Shown here: positions 25,277 through 41,654 of the stretch, piece by piece
Numbering within the stretch: the first letter of the stretch is position 1
Layout of the letters: each line of letters begins with the position of its first letter
Source: Perkinsus olseni
Lineage: Eukaryota
Direction: 5' to 3'
Assembly (NCBI GenBank): GCA_013115125.1
Contig: JABANN010000078.1
Location: 1 to 64,000 of the forward strand
Length of the DNA stretch: 64,000 nt
Position numbers and translations under genes: made by a program
Notes under the pieces: generated by a model
Seen by the model: the letters and a program-made list of their open reading frames with translations, nothing else
What the model was told of the DNA's origin: nothing
Database searches by the model: none

Positions 25277-25796
25277 TCATTCATTCCCTATTTCCTCATC
25301 GATCTCATCCACCCGACGCTGTATCGCAATCACCTGCTGATGTATCGAAGTCTTCTCCCCTAAGAATACACCAGTAACAACTAGGTAGAGGTGATAACTC
25401 ATAATCATCCTTGCGAGGGATAGCGCCCGGCAGCAAACCCTCCAGCGCGGTTAATTCGCATAAGTAAGAAGATGCACAGCGTGCGCTATATTGTTACCCT
25501 TGAGTGTAGTAAGGCACTGCTGCAGGCGCACATTTTCGTTCTTCTGAAGGTTCATCTGCCCGGAAAGCAGCGTATTTCCGGGAGCCTAGGAGCGCTGAAT
25601 CCTACCTGAGCTCTGAAGTCCTCGTCTAGGCGCTGCAAGTCAGCTTGAATGCACCTTTCCAGCTAATCCAACAACCCATAGGACACCACCCCAACCTACC
25701 TCCTCACATCCTCCATCCCGTTCTGCATAGCAGTGCTTTTAGCAGTATTACCACATTTCATTTCCTCTACGTGATTCTTTCCTGACTCGAGCTCAT
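25277..25796 (-). CDS. Small coiled-coil protein, multi-exon (absent from the ORF track)
   Basis: Exons read MSSSQEKNHVEEMK, LERCIQADLQRLDEDFRAQ, MNLQKNENVRLQQCLTTLK and IHQQVIAIQRRVDEIDEEIGNE*. Confidence 0.6.
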
Positions 25797-26520
25797 TCGT
25801 CGCTAACTGCAGAAAAAACCGCCACAGTGATAAGTAATAATAGCGTCCAATCACTTCCCAGCAATCTCAATGGTGCGTTTCACGCACACCTGGAGTAGGT
25901 GGCTACTGATTTTTCCGATGGCTGGGAACGCGGTTTTGGGGGTAGACAAACCGAACACACCCCTGATGTTCTACATGAAAAGCAGCAGCAAACTCCTTGT
26001 CATGCACGGAGAATTCGTTGTTCAAACTAGGAACAATCCGAGTACTGGCCACCCGTGAAGCGCGACATTACACAGGCTATCATCATCACGAAAAACTCCA
26101 ACGGTACGAATGCGGTATGGTAATGAGGATACTCATTACCTCCAACTACTCAGAGCGACTTACCATCCACCTCGGCACGAACACAAGCGCAGTACTACCT
26201 GCAACGAGTTGGCCACATTCTGAACTCTGCCCTTGAGACCAGATGCAGTTGTTGAGAAGTCACTGAAAACTTCCATTGCCGGTACGAGAGGAAAGCTTAG
26301 CACAATGATGTACTGAAGTTACTGCACTGGTGTTCCTCCAATCGCAATTCACAGGGGCACCCTACGTTCCCTCTAGACACAAAAAAGACACAAAACCCAA
26401 CAGCTGAACAGTCAGATATGAAAAAGGACTAAGAAAATGAATGTGGCGATGGCGAAGAACATCCAACTACAGCTCACGCAACTAGCACGCCCCTAAGATG
26501 AGATATGAAAGACGAAGAAA

Positions 26521-29500
26521 TTATCGTAGATGAGTGGAGAAGCTCTCCTTTCGGATGTCCTCTTCATGAAGCGCTTTGGCCTTCCACACGATGGCGTCAA
26601 CCACCGCTGGTTCCGCCAAAGTGGACGTGTCTCCCATGTCGTTATAAACCCTGCTTGCCACCTAAGATGCCCATCCGAATCATTACACTGCCTCGAGTTG
26701 ACCCCTCATCGTTTACCTTCCTCAAGATTCGTCGCATGATTTTTCCCGATCTGGTCTTAGGCAACCCCGGCACACAGAGAATGACATCAGGGGTGGCTAT
26801 CGGCCCGATGGACTTCCTCACCTCGCTCCTATGATGAAACGATGAGCATGCCATGTCCTACTCGCCACAAAACCACTGGCAAGTGGATTCCGGGATAGAG
26901 TGCGTGTAATTTCGAACAGTTTAATAACTCATCTCCACAAGTAGCTCCTTTCAAAGCGGCTCACCGATCAGAAACACGAACGAAACTAACGGACCAGGTA
27001 GGCCACACTCCTCGGCACTACTTCAACTCCTGAATTAGCTTGTCAGATTCCTCAGCTCCTTCATTCAAGATAACGTAGCAGAATATGCCCTCGCCCTTTA
27101 CCTGACGTACTCGCAAGAATGAGGACGCGAGGCATCCCCACAAGAACAGCACCGACTCACCGGATGGGGACAGCCCACAACAGCCGCCTCCGAAACCGCT
27201 GGATTCTGGACCAACGCGTGCTCGATCTCAGCCGAACCCAGTCTGTGGCCAGATACATTCATAACGTCATCTATCCTGCCCGTTATCCAATAGTATCTGA
27301 CTACCGCCATTAGCGAAGATTGCAACAAGGTGAACTGTCCTGCATCGCACCCGTCATGATCTCTAACAGCACCATCTCCTGTGAAGTAGTAGCCAGGGTA
27401 CTGCTCCAAGTATAGCGTAGTCATCCGGCTGTGATCACCGTAAACAGTCCCTGCACCCCACTCCAATCACCCCATCACAAACCAGTGCTTTCTTACGCAT
27501 CATTGAAGGCCAACTCCTTTTGATGGCCAGCAATCCGTGGACATTATTGCCCTTCACTTCTTTTCCTGTCATAGGATCCAACAACGCGGGTTCGATCCTG
27601 AGAGTGGACATTTTTCTCGCTTTCTCTTAGAAGCACAAATCACTCACCCAAAGAAAGGCTTTGTGGCTGAGCCCGGCTTTAATGCCCTAAAAGGCATCGG
27701 TGCCAACATGAACCCGCCTGTTTCCGTTTGCCAGTATCTAACAGCGAACTAGTGTCGCTCGTTACCTCAACCATACGACCTACGTGTCCATAATAGGAAC
27801 TTTGCCTTTTCCGACTTCGTTATAATACCACCTCCAAGCCTGAGGGTTGATGGGCTCTCCCACGGTGCCCAACAACCTCAGTGAGGACAAGTCGTATCCC
27901 TTCAATGGCTCCACCCCATATCGCATCAAGGCTCTGCAAAAACAGTCACATATCAACAGCCAGACGTAAGACCAAATAAGACCCTCACCTGATAGCAGTT
28001 GGAGCGGTATAAAACTGATTGACCTTGTACTTCTGGATAAGGTCCCAATAGCGGCTAGCGTTGGGGTATGTCGGGATACTCTCGAAAAGCACTACTGAGG
28101 CACCATTAGCAAGGGGACCGTAGACAATGTATCTGCCAACAGACTCACTAGCACAGCATGCACGCTCTCTCCTCCTCACGAGTGCCCAGTAATCCACCCA
28201 CAGTCTGCCACACAGGCCCACACATCGCCCGGATGAACATCAAAAACGTACTTCGCGGACACAGTGGTGTACACGAGATAACCACCAGTGCTGTGGGCGA
28301 TGCCTTTAGGCCTCCCAGTAGAGCCCGAAGTGTATCTGCAGAAAAGTACTCGTGCAAAGGATCGAACCAGGGACCTCGACAAACTTACAGCATGAATAGC
28401 AAGTCCTCCGAGTCCATCTCTACTGGTGGGCAGTAAGGCCGTTGAGCAGCCATCACTTCAAAACCATCAACATCCCGTGATGAATCCTAAAACAGAGAGA
28501 ATCATCATACAACTTCCGCCCATGGCCGACGCCCGGACTATTTCGAACGCCAAATGCAGAACGGTGAAAAAGACAACCCAACTCATTTCTCGCCACCCCG
28601 TTCCAACCAGTGCATCAATGCACGAGAATAGCCGAGTCAGTGCTCTGCTATTACAACAGCCAATGCCCGTCATTACCCATTTTCCCTCCATCTCAGACTT
28701 GCTGTAATGCTTGAATACCACAACATGCTCTACTAGACCTGGACGGGTGCCCGCCACGGCCTCGTCACAAATGTCCTTCAATGGAATCTTCTTGCCACCG
28801 CGAACTCCGATATCAGCGCAGACAACAACCGCACTTTGAGCATCGTCAATTCGGTCTCTCAAATTCGGGGCGGAGAATCCGGCAAAAACTACACTATGAA
28901 TTGCACCTACCACAACAAGGTTGAAGACGGTGCTTCACAGGTTACAAAGATACTTACCGATCCGTGCGCAGGCCAACATCATCATGGGTAGCTCCGGTAT
29001 CATAGGCATATAGATGGTGACCCTGTCGCCTTTCTTCACGCCCAAGCTCAGCAGCATATTGGACATCCGACAAATCTCGAACAGGGAAGGTTGGCGAGGT
29101 GAGACCAGGGCGGTGGCTTCTACCTTATCCAGGAGCTCCTTGTAGGTGATCACTTTATCCGTGCCGGGCTCGTCCCCCTCCCACAGGATAGCCGGGCGGG
29201 AGGGGTAGGTCGCTGCCCATCGATCAACGCAGTTCTCACAAGCGTTCAGCTTCCCATTCAGGAACCAACGTACGTCACCATTATTAAAATTCTCGTAGTG
29301 AACTTGACTGAAAGGCCTGAAGGACAATGAGCTCACCGATAATTCATGTCAACTTCCAGCACGGTGCATCAAGGTGTCCTATGCAATTCAAACCAGATGA
29401 TCAGGATGAGAAATATCTTACCCAGAAACGATTGAAGAGGTAGAACGTCCTAATCATTGAAAACAAACAGCGATTTCCCTACCTTGTCCAATCAATATGA

Positions 29501-29739
29501 CGACTCATCTCTGTCCAGAAAGCATCGGGGTCATCCACGCTCCTCTGATACATCTCATCGTACATGTCCTCAGAATACACGTAAGATCCTCTCAAGACCT
29601 CAGGCGCCGGACTGTAGACCTCATCCACTGGCAAACCTGCTGATAGAAAAACAGGAAAATCACCATGCTGAATACCGGTTCTACCTTTCTCAGCGATTTT
29701 CTCTTCAGCTGACTTTGTAGCAGCCTCAGTTCCGGTCAT
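26521..29739 (-). CDS. acs: Acetyl-CoA synthetase (AMP-forming), multi-exon
   Basis: [101 protein letters not shown]. Confidence 0.96.
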
Positions 29740-30289
29740 AGTACGAGGTGAAAAATAAAACTCCCTACGGAAAATGGCACGAACGTTACATGGTGTAGAT
29801 TCACAAAGGGAAACACCGTCCTGGTAACAAGGTGCCCACTAATGGAAGGCTTCCATCGAGGATGAATGGTTGTTATAAGAAAATGATTTCAGCGAAGGGC
29901 CGCGTGACATCAGCACGCGGCCAGTTCGGCAGGCTCCGGAAAGGTAGACAGGGCTCCATCGGCCAAATACGTCATGTGACGTAGGTTAGAGTACGGACGA
30001 AACAACCACACTGACGCTCCCGGGTAGGGTAATGATAAACACGAATCATGTCCGACCTGTCTGGGTGGACACAGGTATACCTGTGGCGCCGCCGATAGCT
30101 GCAACCCCAGAGCTAGACACGGTGGTGATGCATTTGGAATCCATCCGACGAAATTCGGCCCCAGGACGACGACCCCAAACGATAATGAGCTTCGGCGCGC
30201 GCGATCCTATCGCAGCGGAGCGAAACGATTCACGAACGACGGATTCTACGGCGCAGTTTCAACAACCAACGACTATGGAATGAAGGCTC

Positions 30290-31430
30290 ATGAACGGGCT
30301 GCGTACAAGACCCTTCAACTGGCCCATGCTAGGGAGCTTTCCCGTATCTTACGCCCGGTGAGATGTAAAGATCTCCTGTCATTTCTCCCACCAAACCAAT
30401 GACTCCGTCTTCTCTCAGATCCGCAAAGAATACACGGCCTTGGCGTCCAGCCTTGATGCCTTCGCAAGGAGCAGTTCGAAGTATCTGCCCGCTAGAGAGA
30501 AACTACGACTGAAAGCGAAGAGGTGGGCCCAGCAGCTGATCTCGGGTCCCCGGCCATCGCTCTGTTGATAGGCGCCACGCCCAACTACTGGAGATCCGCG
30601 GACACTCGGAGGCACGCAAGCAGCGCTTCCGCCGGCAGCTGGACAATGCTAACGACAAGACTATGACTGCTTTCGTGGGTTCTGTTCTATGAATTACTGA
30701 GCTCAAGGATTATATTATCCTTCAGGAAGCATCTCGTGACTCAGCGGATTCAGCTTTGATGACCGCCCTTGAGAACGCTCGCGCAAGTGACAATCCACAT
30801 GATGGTTCTACCCTGGGCAGTATGATCAAGAGTCGGACCAAAGAGCTGGAGTCAATCGTACGGGGGAGCGATGCTCTTGTTCGCCTCAGCTGGCTACCAG
30901 ATCCGTTCACTGCTCGGCTTGGGTATTTACGTTTTACTCGCTGCTTTCTGTCAACAACTCTCATTTTCATACCATCATCACTCGATCACAGGATGAAGTT
31001 CATGACGCCCCTAATGTTATTATCAACTTATTGTCCTTCAGTTAAAGACCAAGCTACCTCGGTACACGTCAGATGCCAAGGCAGATTCCAAGCCTTCAGT
31101 CCCCGAAGCCCTTCCCCGAGAGCCCCTGAGTCCATCATTTCCAGACAGGCTCATTCGAACCAAATCTTACAGTACGGACTCCGCTTGCCAAATGAAGGCG
31201 ATGACGGTCCTGCAGGTTCAATTGGTCGGATACCTCAACCAGATCGAGCGCGAGGGCGGGCCAGCTCTCTAGCTGACTTATCAAGGCCTACTCCGGCGTC
31301 CGACTATTTCTGCAGCCCACCGGTTGGACGTCGTCATGATCGTCTCCCTAGAAAGAGTATCTTCCCTGACCGCGAAAGCAACAATGGATGGGATGCTGAT
31401 ATGGCCGAGGTAATAGTGGAGCGCCATTGA
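30290..31430 (+). CDS. Hypothetical spliced protein(s)
   Basis: Exon-like helical stretches (IRKEYTALASSLDAFAR..., LMTALENARASDNPHDG...) bounded by GT/AG. No domain recognised. Confidence 0.3.
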
Positions 31431-31659
31431 CTCCGTCAATGGTGTAGCTGAGTCCTCATGCTGAGTCCTCATGTATCAGTGCTCAGCGTGGAGGGACCCG
31501 TCTCATCGTCACGAAATAATAGTATCTGAAATCAATCTATATCCTTCAGTTTATCACGGAATATGTACAGAGTATGCAGTGAATGGCAATTACTATATTT
31601 CTATCACTGATCGCACTGTCAAGGTTTTCGTCAAGAAGGTCTCCCTCTACGACAAGCGC

Positions 31660-32846
31660 ATGCAAGAGGACGTCCGTTCCGGCATAAACTACCTCCCTAA
31701 GGGAGAGTCCAGGCCGGCCAGTGTGGTGTCCGAACGTCGGGAGGTGGAAAAGACCGTCATCGAGGTCCCGCAGGACACAAGCGTCCCTGCGCGAATCTAC
31801 CACCCTCCCGGCGAATCAGAAGTAGGACCCCACAGTGTTCGAGGCTCCCACCTCGATGTTTGTAGCTCCTCAAATTCATGCGGCGGAAACTCGTGGCTGC
31901 CGCTGAATCTTGGGGGAAAGGCACCAGCTGGCGTGATCTCTTCACTAAGTGCGATGCGGACTTCTCGGGGGAGCTCACGGAGAGCAGTATCAACAAGGCC
32001 GTCCGCGTACATCTTCGTATCCCAACGGCAGTCCTCAGCGACCAGCAAGTGGCAGACTTCGTAAGGTGAGTATCTCCCACCGCGATTCTCGTTTGGAGTG
32101 GTATTGGCACAGAGAAATCGATGCTGATGAGAGCGGGAGTGTGAGCTTGAAAGAGCTCATACAGTTCCTGGAGAAGGCTCCAGTAGGGAGCGTAGAAGAT
32201 ACGCTGGAAGAGACGATAAGAAAGGTGCGTCGAACGAGCGACCGTACCAGATTCATGCGACACTCTTCCCGTAGGCTCGGTGCCAAGCACGGGAGCAGAT
32301 GCACCTCACCATGAGTAGGGTACGGCGTCGTATGATAGCCGGGATGAAAGCCAATAAGGTGGGTTACCTCGTAGTCGTGCTTCGGACCGTGTTCGCACCA
32401 GCTGGGTTGAAATTGCCTGTACCTCCTCCCTCTAGACGTAACTGTGCTGTAGAACAGTGGTGAGGCACTCGCGGCTTCATCGTGTCCGAGTCAAGTCGAG
32501 GTCTTCCTCGGGGGCCTTACGACTTCCTCAATAATGCATCTCATTTCCTCCCCCTAGTTGACTTTGGAGAGGCTCTTCGGACAGTTTGATAAGGATCGGG
32601 ACGGTACGCTGTCGCTGAGGGAGTTCAATAGAGCTTTACGGAGGGATCTCAAGCTCAGCCGCTCCGACGCCAGCGCTAAGGTAATAGCCATCATCACATG
32701 CCGAGGTTGCAGATGCGACCGTTCAGGATGTTGCCGCTGTCTTTGCCCTCCTGGACGAGGACGGTACAGGCAGCATCGATATTGACGAACTGAAGTCCCT
32801 CATCCGTCCACCGCGCTCCGGAAAAGACAGCCCAGCGAGGGGCTAG
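31660..32846 (+). CDS. EF-hand calcium-binding protein (four EF-hand loops)
   Basis: Loops DADFSGELTE, DADESGSVSLKE, DKDRDGTLSLRE and DEDGTGSIDIDE. Confidence 0.85.
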
Positions 32847-33051
32847 CTTCGACTATCCCAAAATATTTATCAAGTTGCTTTGCGTCATTTTGGTTGCAGA
32901 TTGCGATACTTTCATGTTGCTAAAAATTCCGCGAGCCCTTCGGTTGTGGTCACCCGTAGCACCGTGTTGGTAAATAGGGGTCCAGTGGCCAAGATTAGTC
33001 CCGTGGGGGGATTGTGATATAACTACTTCCTATCAGGCAGCCCTTCACGCA

Positions 33052-33789
33052 ATGACTGCATGTAGACGCGACTCTCTCCCACGCAGTCTGAGCCCGAAGA
33101 GCAGGAAGCTCGCTGAGGACGTCAATCGAATTCTCACTCGGCATCGGTCCTATAGCAACCTTCAACAATTCCTCTTTCCTAGCTCGGACCACCAGTCGGC
33201 TGCCACCAAGCCTCGTGAGCTCACCGCCTACACAGTGGAACTTGACGGGGTGTGCAAAGGCAGAGGGTTGATGGAGCCAGAAAGTCCGTTGGCCCGATCA
33301 CCAAGTGACGGCACTACTCATTCACCCAGGAGAAGCTCAGGGAAGATAACGTCTCCGGGCACCGGACGAAGCTCTATTATTAACTCGCCCGTCTCCCATG
33401 TAGCCATGTGGGGACGCAAAAGCAAAAGTCGTGCTTCACGAATAGGGGTTGAGAAGAATCGACTGGCGGATGAATCCCAGCAAGTGGGCCGGAGCGAGCT
33501 GCAGCCATCGTCAGAGCACCTTTCGGACCTCCGTGCAGAGGCCTCTAGGAGGCGAGACGCAGAAGCACTGGAGGGGTCGTTGATGGCCAAAGCAGAGCTC
33601 GAGAGCCTCAGACGTGAACGGGCTGAGTTGCAGCGCCTTCGGATGGCCAATAGAGAGCTTCTCGTAGCCAATGACTATCTGCTGCAAGAGCATGGCCGCA
33701 TAGTACAGGACTTGCGAAAGCGCTTGACGGAGACACAGTCGGAACTGGATAAGTGGAACCTTGCTTACACGTCTTTGCCTCACAGGTAG
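33052..33789 (+). CDS. Hypothetical protein with C-terminal coiled coil
   Basis: Uninterrupted 245-aa ORF with an S/P-rich N-terminus and a heptad-like C-terminus. Confidence 0.6.
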   Translation: MTACRRDSLPRSLSPKSRKLAEDVNRILTRHRSYSNLQQFLFPSSDHQSAATKPRELTAYTVELDGVCKGRGLMEPESPLARSPSDGTTHSPRRSSGKITSPGTGRSSIINSPVSHVAMWGRKSKSRASRIGVEKNRLADESQQVGRSELQPSSEHLSDLRAEASRRRDAEALEGSLMAKAELESLRRERAELQRLRMANRELLVANDYLLQEHGRIVQDLRKRLTETQSELDKWNLAYTSLPHR

Positions 33790-34270
33790 AGGAGGATGGC
33801 GTTCTTTCGCTCTAAGTGGCGAACCTACGACCCTTCAGGTTCATGCCTGCCGACTCCGAAGACCGCGGTGGTTGATAAAACGTACAGTATTGTGCTGTTG
33901 AAAGCATGAACCATGTTGTTCGGTCCTTTGACTGCTGACGGCAGTCTTCTGTTGTGTCTGAGTTGAACCATTAGAGATGTTGGTGTAGCGAACATTATTC
34001 TAGAGAGTTTATGAAATGACCAATACATTGGTCAGTAGGCGAGGTTGAAGTGAGTGGCGCGCGACTGCAATTGGGCTTAACATAGGGGGACGAGACCTGA
34101 GTGCCTCCACAACGTTGTAGAAGAGCGCTGTGCATGGAACAGCTGCTTTAGGGACATCGATGACGGGTAATCAATTAACTCTTTCAAAAACAACACCGAT
34201 CTAGCCAAAAAAACGAAACCGAAAGATACATGGAGCGATGGAGATGATACACCATTTTCAGTAGTCGTGC

Positions 34271-34330
34271 GTACACAGGTCAGCAGCCAAGATTGCCAAG
34301 GCAGTGATCTTGATTGCATCATTCGTGTAC
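34271..34330 (-). promoter_or_regulatory. SECIS element in the SelO 3' UTR (type 2-like, non-AA apical motif)
   Basis: The RNA reads GUACAC-GA-AUGAU-GCAAUCAAGAU-CAC-UGCC-UU-GGCA-AUCUUGGCUGC-UGAC-CU-GUGUAC. This gives helix I, an AUGA/GA core, an 11-position helix II with one mismatch and an apical mini-stem. Confidence 0.8.
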
Positions 34331-34359
34331 TTCTTCTATGAGGCTTAAAACAGATTGTT

Positions 34360-37969
<3,610 letters not shown>

Positions 37970-38258
37970 TTCACGAAAGTTACGGTGTCAATGCGCGAGT
38001 CCAACGTACAGACTTCACACGGCAGCAGCAGCAGCAGCAGCGGCGTCACAGACTGAACAGAATGCTACCTCAAGATTAATTAGGTTACTGCATAGGACGC
38101 TGTTACGGGTAATAATGATGATGATAGACACGACAGCTGTGTACAGTATCATCACATCGACAGGACAGCCGAGCGAAGTTGTGTGACAGAAAGAAGTCCT
38201 TCTAGTCCAAGATGATAACGAGAATGTTAATTAGCCGCTTGATTAGAGTTTGAGTGCT

Positions 38259-40430
38259 TCATAGCGACACAATTGTGCCCTCGGCGAATTGGACAAGTCG
38301 TGCAACGCGAGCTCGGAATCCCGGATCGGGCCGCGGTACGAAGTCGTGGCTGCTTCCCAGCGACGACCCTCGTACTCGGAGCTCGGGCCTCGGCGTCACC
38401 GGCCGTCTTCGTTGAACATGACTGACTTTGGAAGGGGCGTCCTCGGGTGAGAAGTACTTAGTATTGATAACAGGGCTGAAGCTGACTCCACTGGTGTTGC
38501 TGCTCGTTGACCGGGCCCTTATGGCATAGCTGTCGCCCCGGGGAGTCGCCACGCTATTCTCAACAGCTTTCATGGCTATATTGGAAGGGAAAACTGAGCG
38601 AGCAGGGTGATCAAGATCAGTCAAGTCGTTCGCTTGAGCACTTCCCGAACGCTGAGCTGCGGTGACCTTTTGCCCGGGGACATTGAGAACACGAAGACGA
38701 TGGCGAGAAAGGCAACATCAGTACAGGAGTGCTCGATCCCTAGAGTATCCGGCAGGTCTGCTACTGGCCCTACTCCACGGCGACCTTGCCTTGGACCGCA
38801 AATCCTCAAGACGTTTCGTTCGTCGTGCAGCAAGGCATTGGACGAACCGTGTGACAGCCTAGTGCAGCAGAACGACAGCGACATCACAAGGGAAGCAACT
38901 GACCTCGGAGGCGCCTGGATCGGTCGGGAGCTTCTTCCTAAGACGCTCAATCTCTTCCCTAGCTTTGCCAAGCTCAGCTCTGCTCTCCTCCAGCTCCGCT
39001 AGGCATCGTCTCCTCTCCCGCTGCTCCTCAATCCTCTCCAGATTGATGGCCCTCTCCCGATCGATCCTGCCGGTGCAATGAAGACACGCATGCCGTGGCA
39101 CGGTACATGTAGGTCAAGCGCTCATTGAGGCTTTTTATGATAGCGTCACGGGACTCCAACGCCTTCTCGAGGATCTCGGTCCGCACAGAGGTCAGGCCGC
39201 CTCCTTGCTTGCTATCGGCTTGAACCTTCCGAGTTTTCTCTCGGACTCATTAAGAGGGGGACAAGAGGCGCCCCGGAGCGCACAGCGGGATCCACAATAC
39301 GAAAATAAATGATAAGAGATAATACTCGGCCACCAGCAGTTGATACACGCGTATAGAACGGGCTCGAACAGACGGAAGGTGAGAATGAAACCATAGGCCG
39401 ACAGTCTGTCAGCGACACTGCGCACTGCACGATGACCTCACGTCAGCCACAGTATCCTCCTCCTTATCCCCTCTCCGCGGGCTTGGCGTCTTTTCTCGTC
39501 TTCCCTGGTCTTCTCGGAATCGTTGGAGCTCCATCGATTGCCTGCGTATGACCGCATCGCGGTCCTTCAACGATTGTGCCTTAGAGAGATTAGCGAAGAT
39601 AAAAAATCACAAAAACCGCGAGGATCGCGGGATAAAATACGGAAAACTGTCACCGGCGGGGATCGAACCCGAGGACTCCACTTGACGCGATTTGAGTCGT
39701 TTATTGCATACCATAGCGTTCAAGAGCTTCTCCGCCCGCGTAGCCCTCTCCAAAGCCGTCCTGGCACGGTCAGCACTAGCGTTGCGAGATTCCCATCGTC
39801 TGGCCTTTTCCGCTTCACTCAGCATCCCCTGAGAACAGCGTGCACTCCGACGGGCAACATCACACGATCGCTCACCTCTAGCTTCTTCAGGGAGGACCGC
39901 AGCAGCTCGGATTCTCGCGCTTTCATCTCCAACTCTCTGTGCTTCACCTCGTGCCTCTTGTTGCATCTTTTCAACTCATTGGTATTCCTCAGGTCAATAG
40001 CCTTCATTGACCGCTGCATCACCTGAGTGTGAAGAAATGTTGTTTGTCACAATTCACCGTCTCGATCCATGATTCCTCTCGCGACTACCTCCCTTGCCAG
40101 CCTAGCTTGCGTATTCAGGTTATTACTGCAGTTTAGCTCAAGGACCACTGTAAAGGGCTCGTGTTGAGCTATCCAATCAACACGAAGGATTCCGCTGTCG
40201 TCCGTATCCGGATGAAGTCGCCGACCCTAGGTCCAGCGAGAAGTGAGACACTGTACTGGCATCCCAGGACGGTCCATTGGCCAGCACTAACTACAAGCCC
40301 GGCCCTTCCAAAGCTCACATCCATTTTGCTGAGCTGCTTCGCTTGACTGGCCACTGTGGCTTTGAGCTCCTCTATCCAAGCACGCTGCATAGATATCTGT
40401 CGTTTCACATCATATCCTTATCGGCTATCG
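38259..40430 (-). CDS. Coiled-coil hypothetical protein, multi-exon
   Basis: E/R/K-rich heptad exons (40169-40408, 39819-40022, 38859-39101) and an S/P-rich tail (38259-38624). Confidence 0.55.
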
Positions 40431-40739
40431 TTACTGCACTCTGGGTTCATCACTGGATTTTTATGGTTTCCACAATTCGGACAGAGGATCGACAGATTCA
40501 GACTGCTCGTTGCCGGTCAATAATTGTATCCATAATATTGTTCGTTGAACTCTTCATCTAGGGGAAAAGTTACCTTTGCACACGTAATTTGCATCTTTAG
40601 GTGTCCGGTACTGTTGGTCTCCAATGATACTACAGCAGCATTACAAGAAAGACATTCCGGTAAAGAGAATTTCAACGATTACTTCGGACGAGAATTCCCA
40701 GGATCGACCACCAGGCCGGCGGTGAGATCTCGAGCCCAG

Positions 40740-41162
40740 CTAGTCCTTGAGGAATATGAGCGATCCGGCTAAGATCCGGCCTCGAGTCGCCTCATGTTTT
40801 ATGCGCCTTACTTGTTCGAGGAGGGCAGCCTGGCCGTCTTCCAGCCTTGCATTCACGTCGATCAGAAGACCCCTGTCCTCTTCGGTTGTTGGAGCTGTCC
40901 TCATTTCACTTCTAGAGGGTACCTGTTCGATGAACTGTAAGTGGCGTTCGGGCACGGCCAAGACGAGTATGCATACATGCTCACAGGGACGGCTACGATA
41001 TGCGTGTAAGAGCAAGTTGTGTGATGGAGCGTCATGAAAGATACACCGATTTCGCAACTGAGCGTTCGATGCGTAAAGAGGCCGACGGAGTGTTCTTCAA
41101 AGCGAGCAGGAATCTGCCGGGAAACAGGCCGCCACCCACCTTCCCATTGTCCTCTGACATGT
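40740..41162 (-). CDS. Small hypothetical protein, spliced
   Basis: MSEDNGKVGGGLFPGRFLLALKNTP... followed by EMRTAPTTEEDRGLLIDVNARL...IFLKD*. Confidence 0.4.
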
Positions 41163-41654
41163 CCTCTATTTCTGGACGGTGCGCCGAGTCGATTGATAGG
41201 GAAAAGCCGAGAGCGCGGAGACCCAAGCGTACTGAGACGTAAGGGGTGCTGCAGCAGCACCAACGTAGGGGTGCTGCTCTCTGCAACAGAGAAGTAGCTA
41301 GTAGCAGCACTGCTGCTACTAGCTACTTCTCTGTTTCGTGTGAGAAGAACCGTCTCCCGACCAGAGGCGAGAGCGGCTTCTCTAGCTAACTTATTAGGTG
41401 GTACGAATATGTGCAGAGCGCGCACAAAGATTCGAACCATTGATCGATTTGGAGGCATCGAAAAGTTCATACAACTTGAGCTTAGCTTGCCGCTAGTGCA
41501 TGACTTCATCGGTGTAGTTGTAAATAGTATTTCGTTACTCCACTGACCGTAACCCTAGTCAGCAGAAGACTATTAATGCAGGTCAAGAAGCCGCTGGGAG
41601 GCCTGCTGCAATACTCCGTATGTGCAGCGTGCCCTCCGCTTTCATACCACTTCT

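Noticed and set aside
39648-39720. Complete tRNA gene
   Set aside because: Only the T-arm and 3' acceptor side are present; no cloverleaf can be formed.
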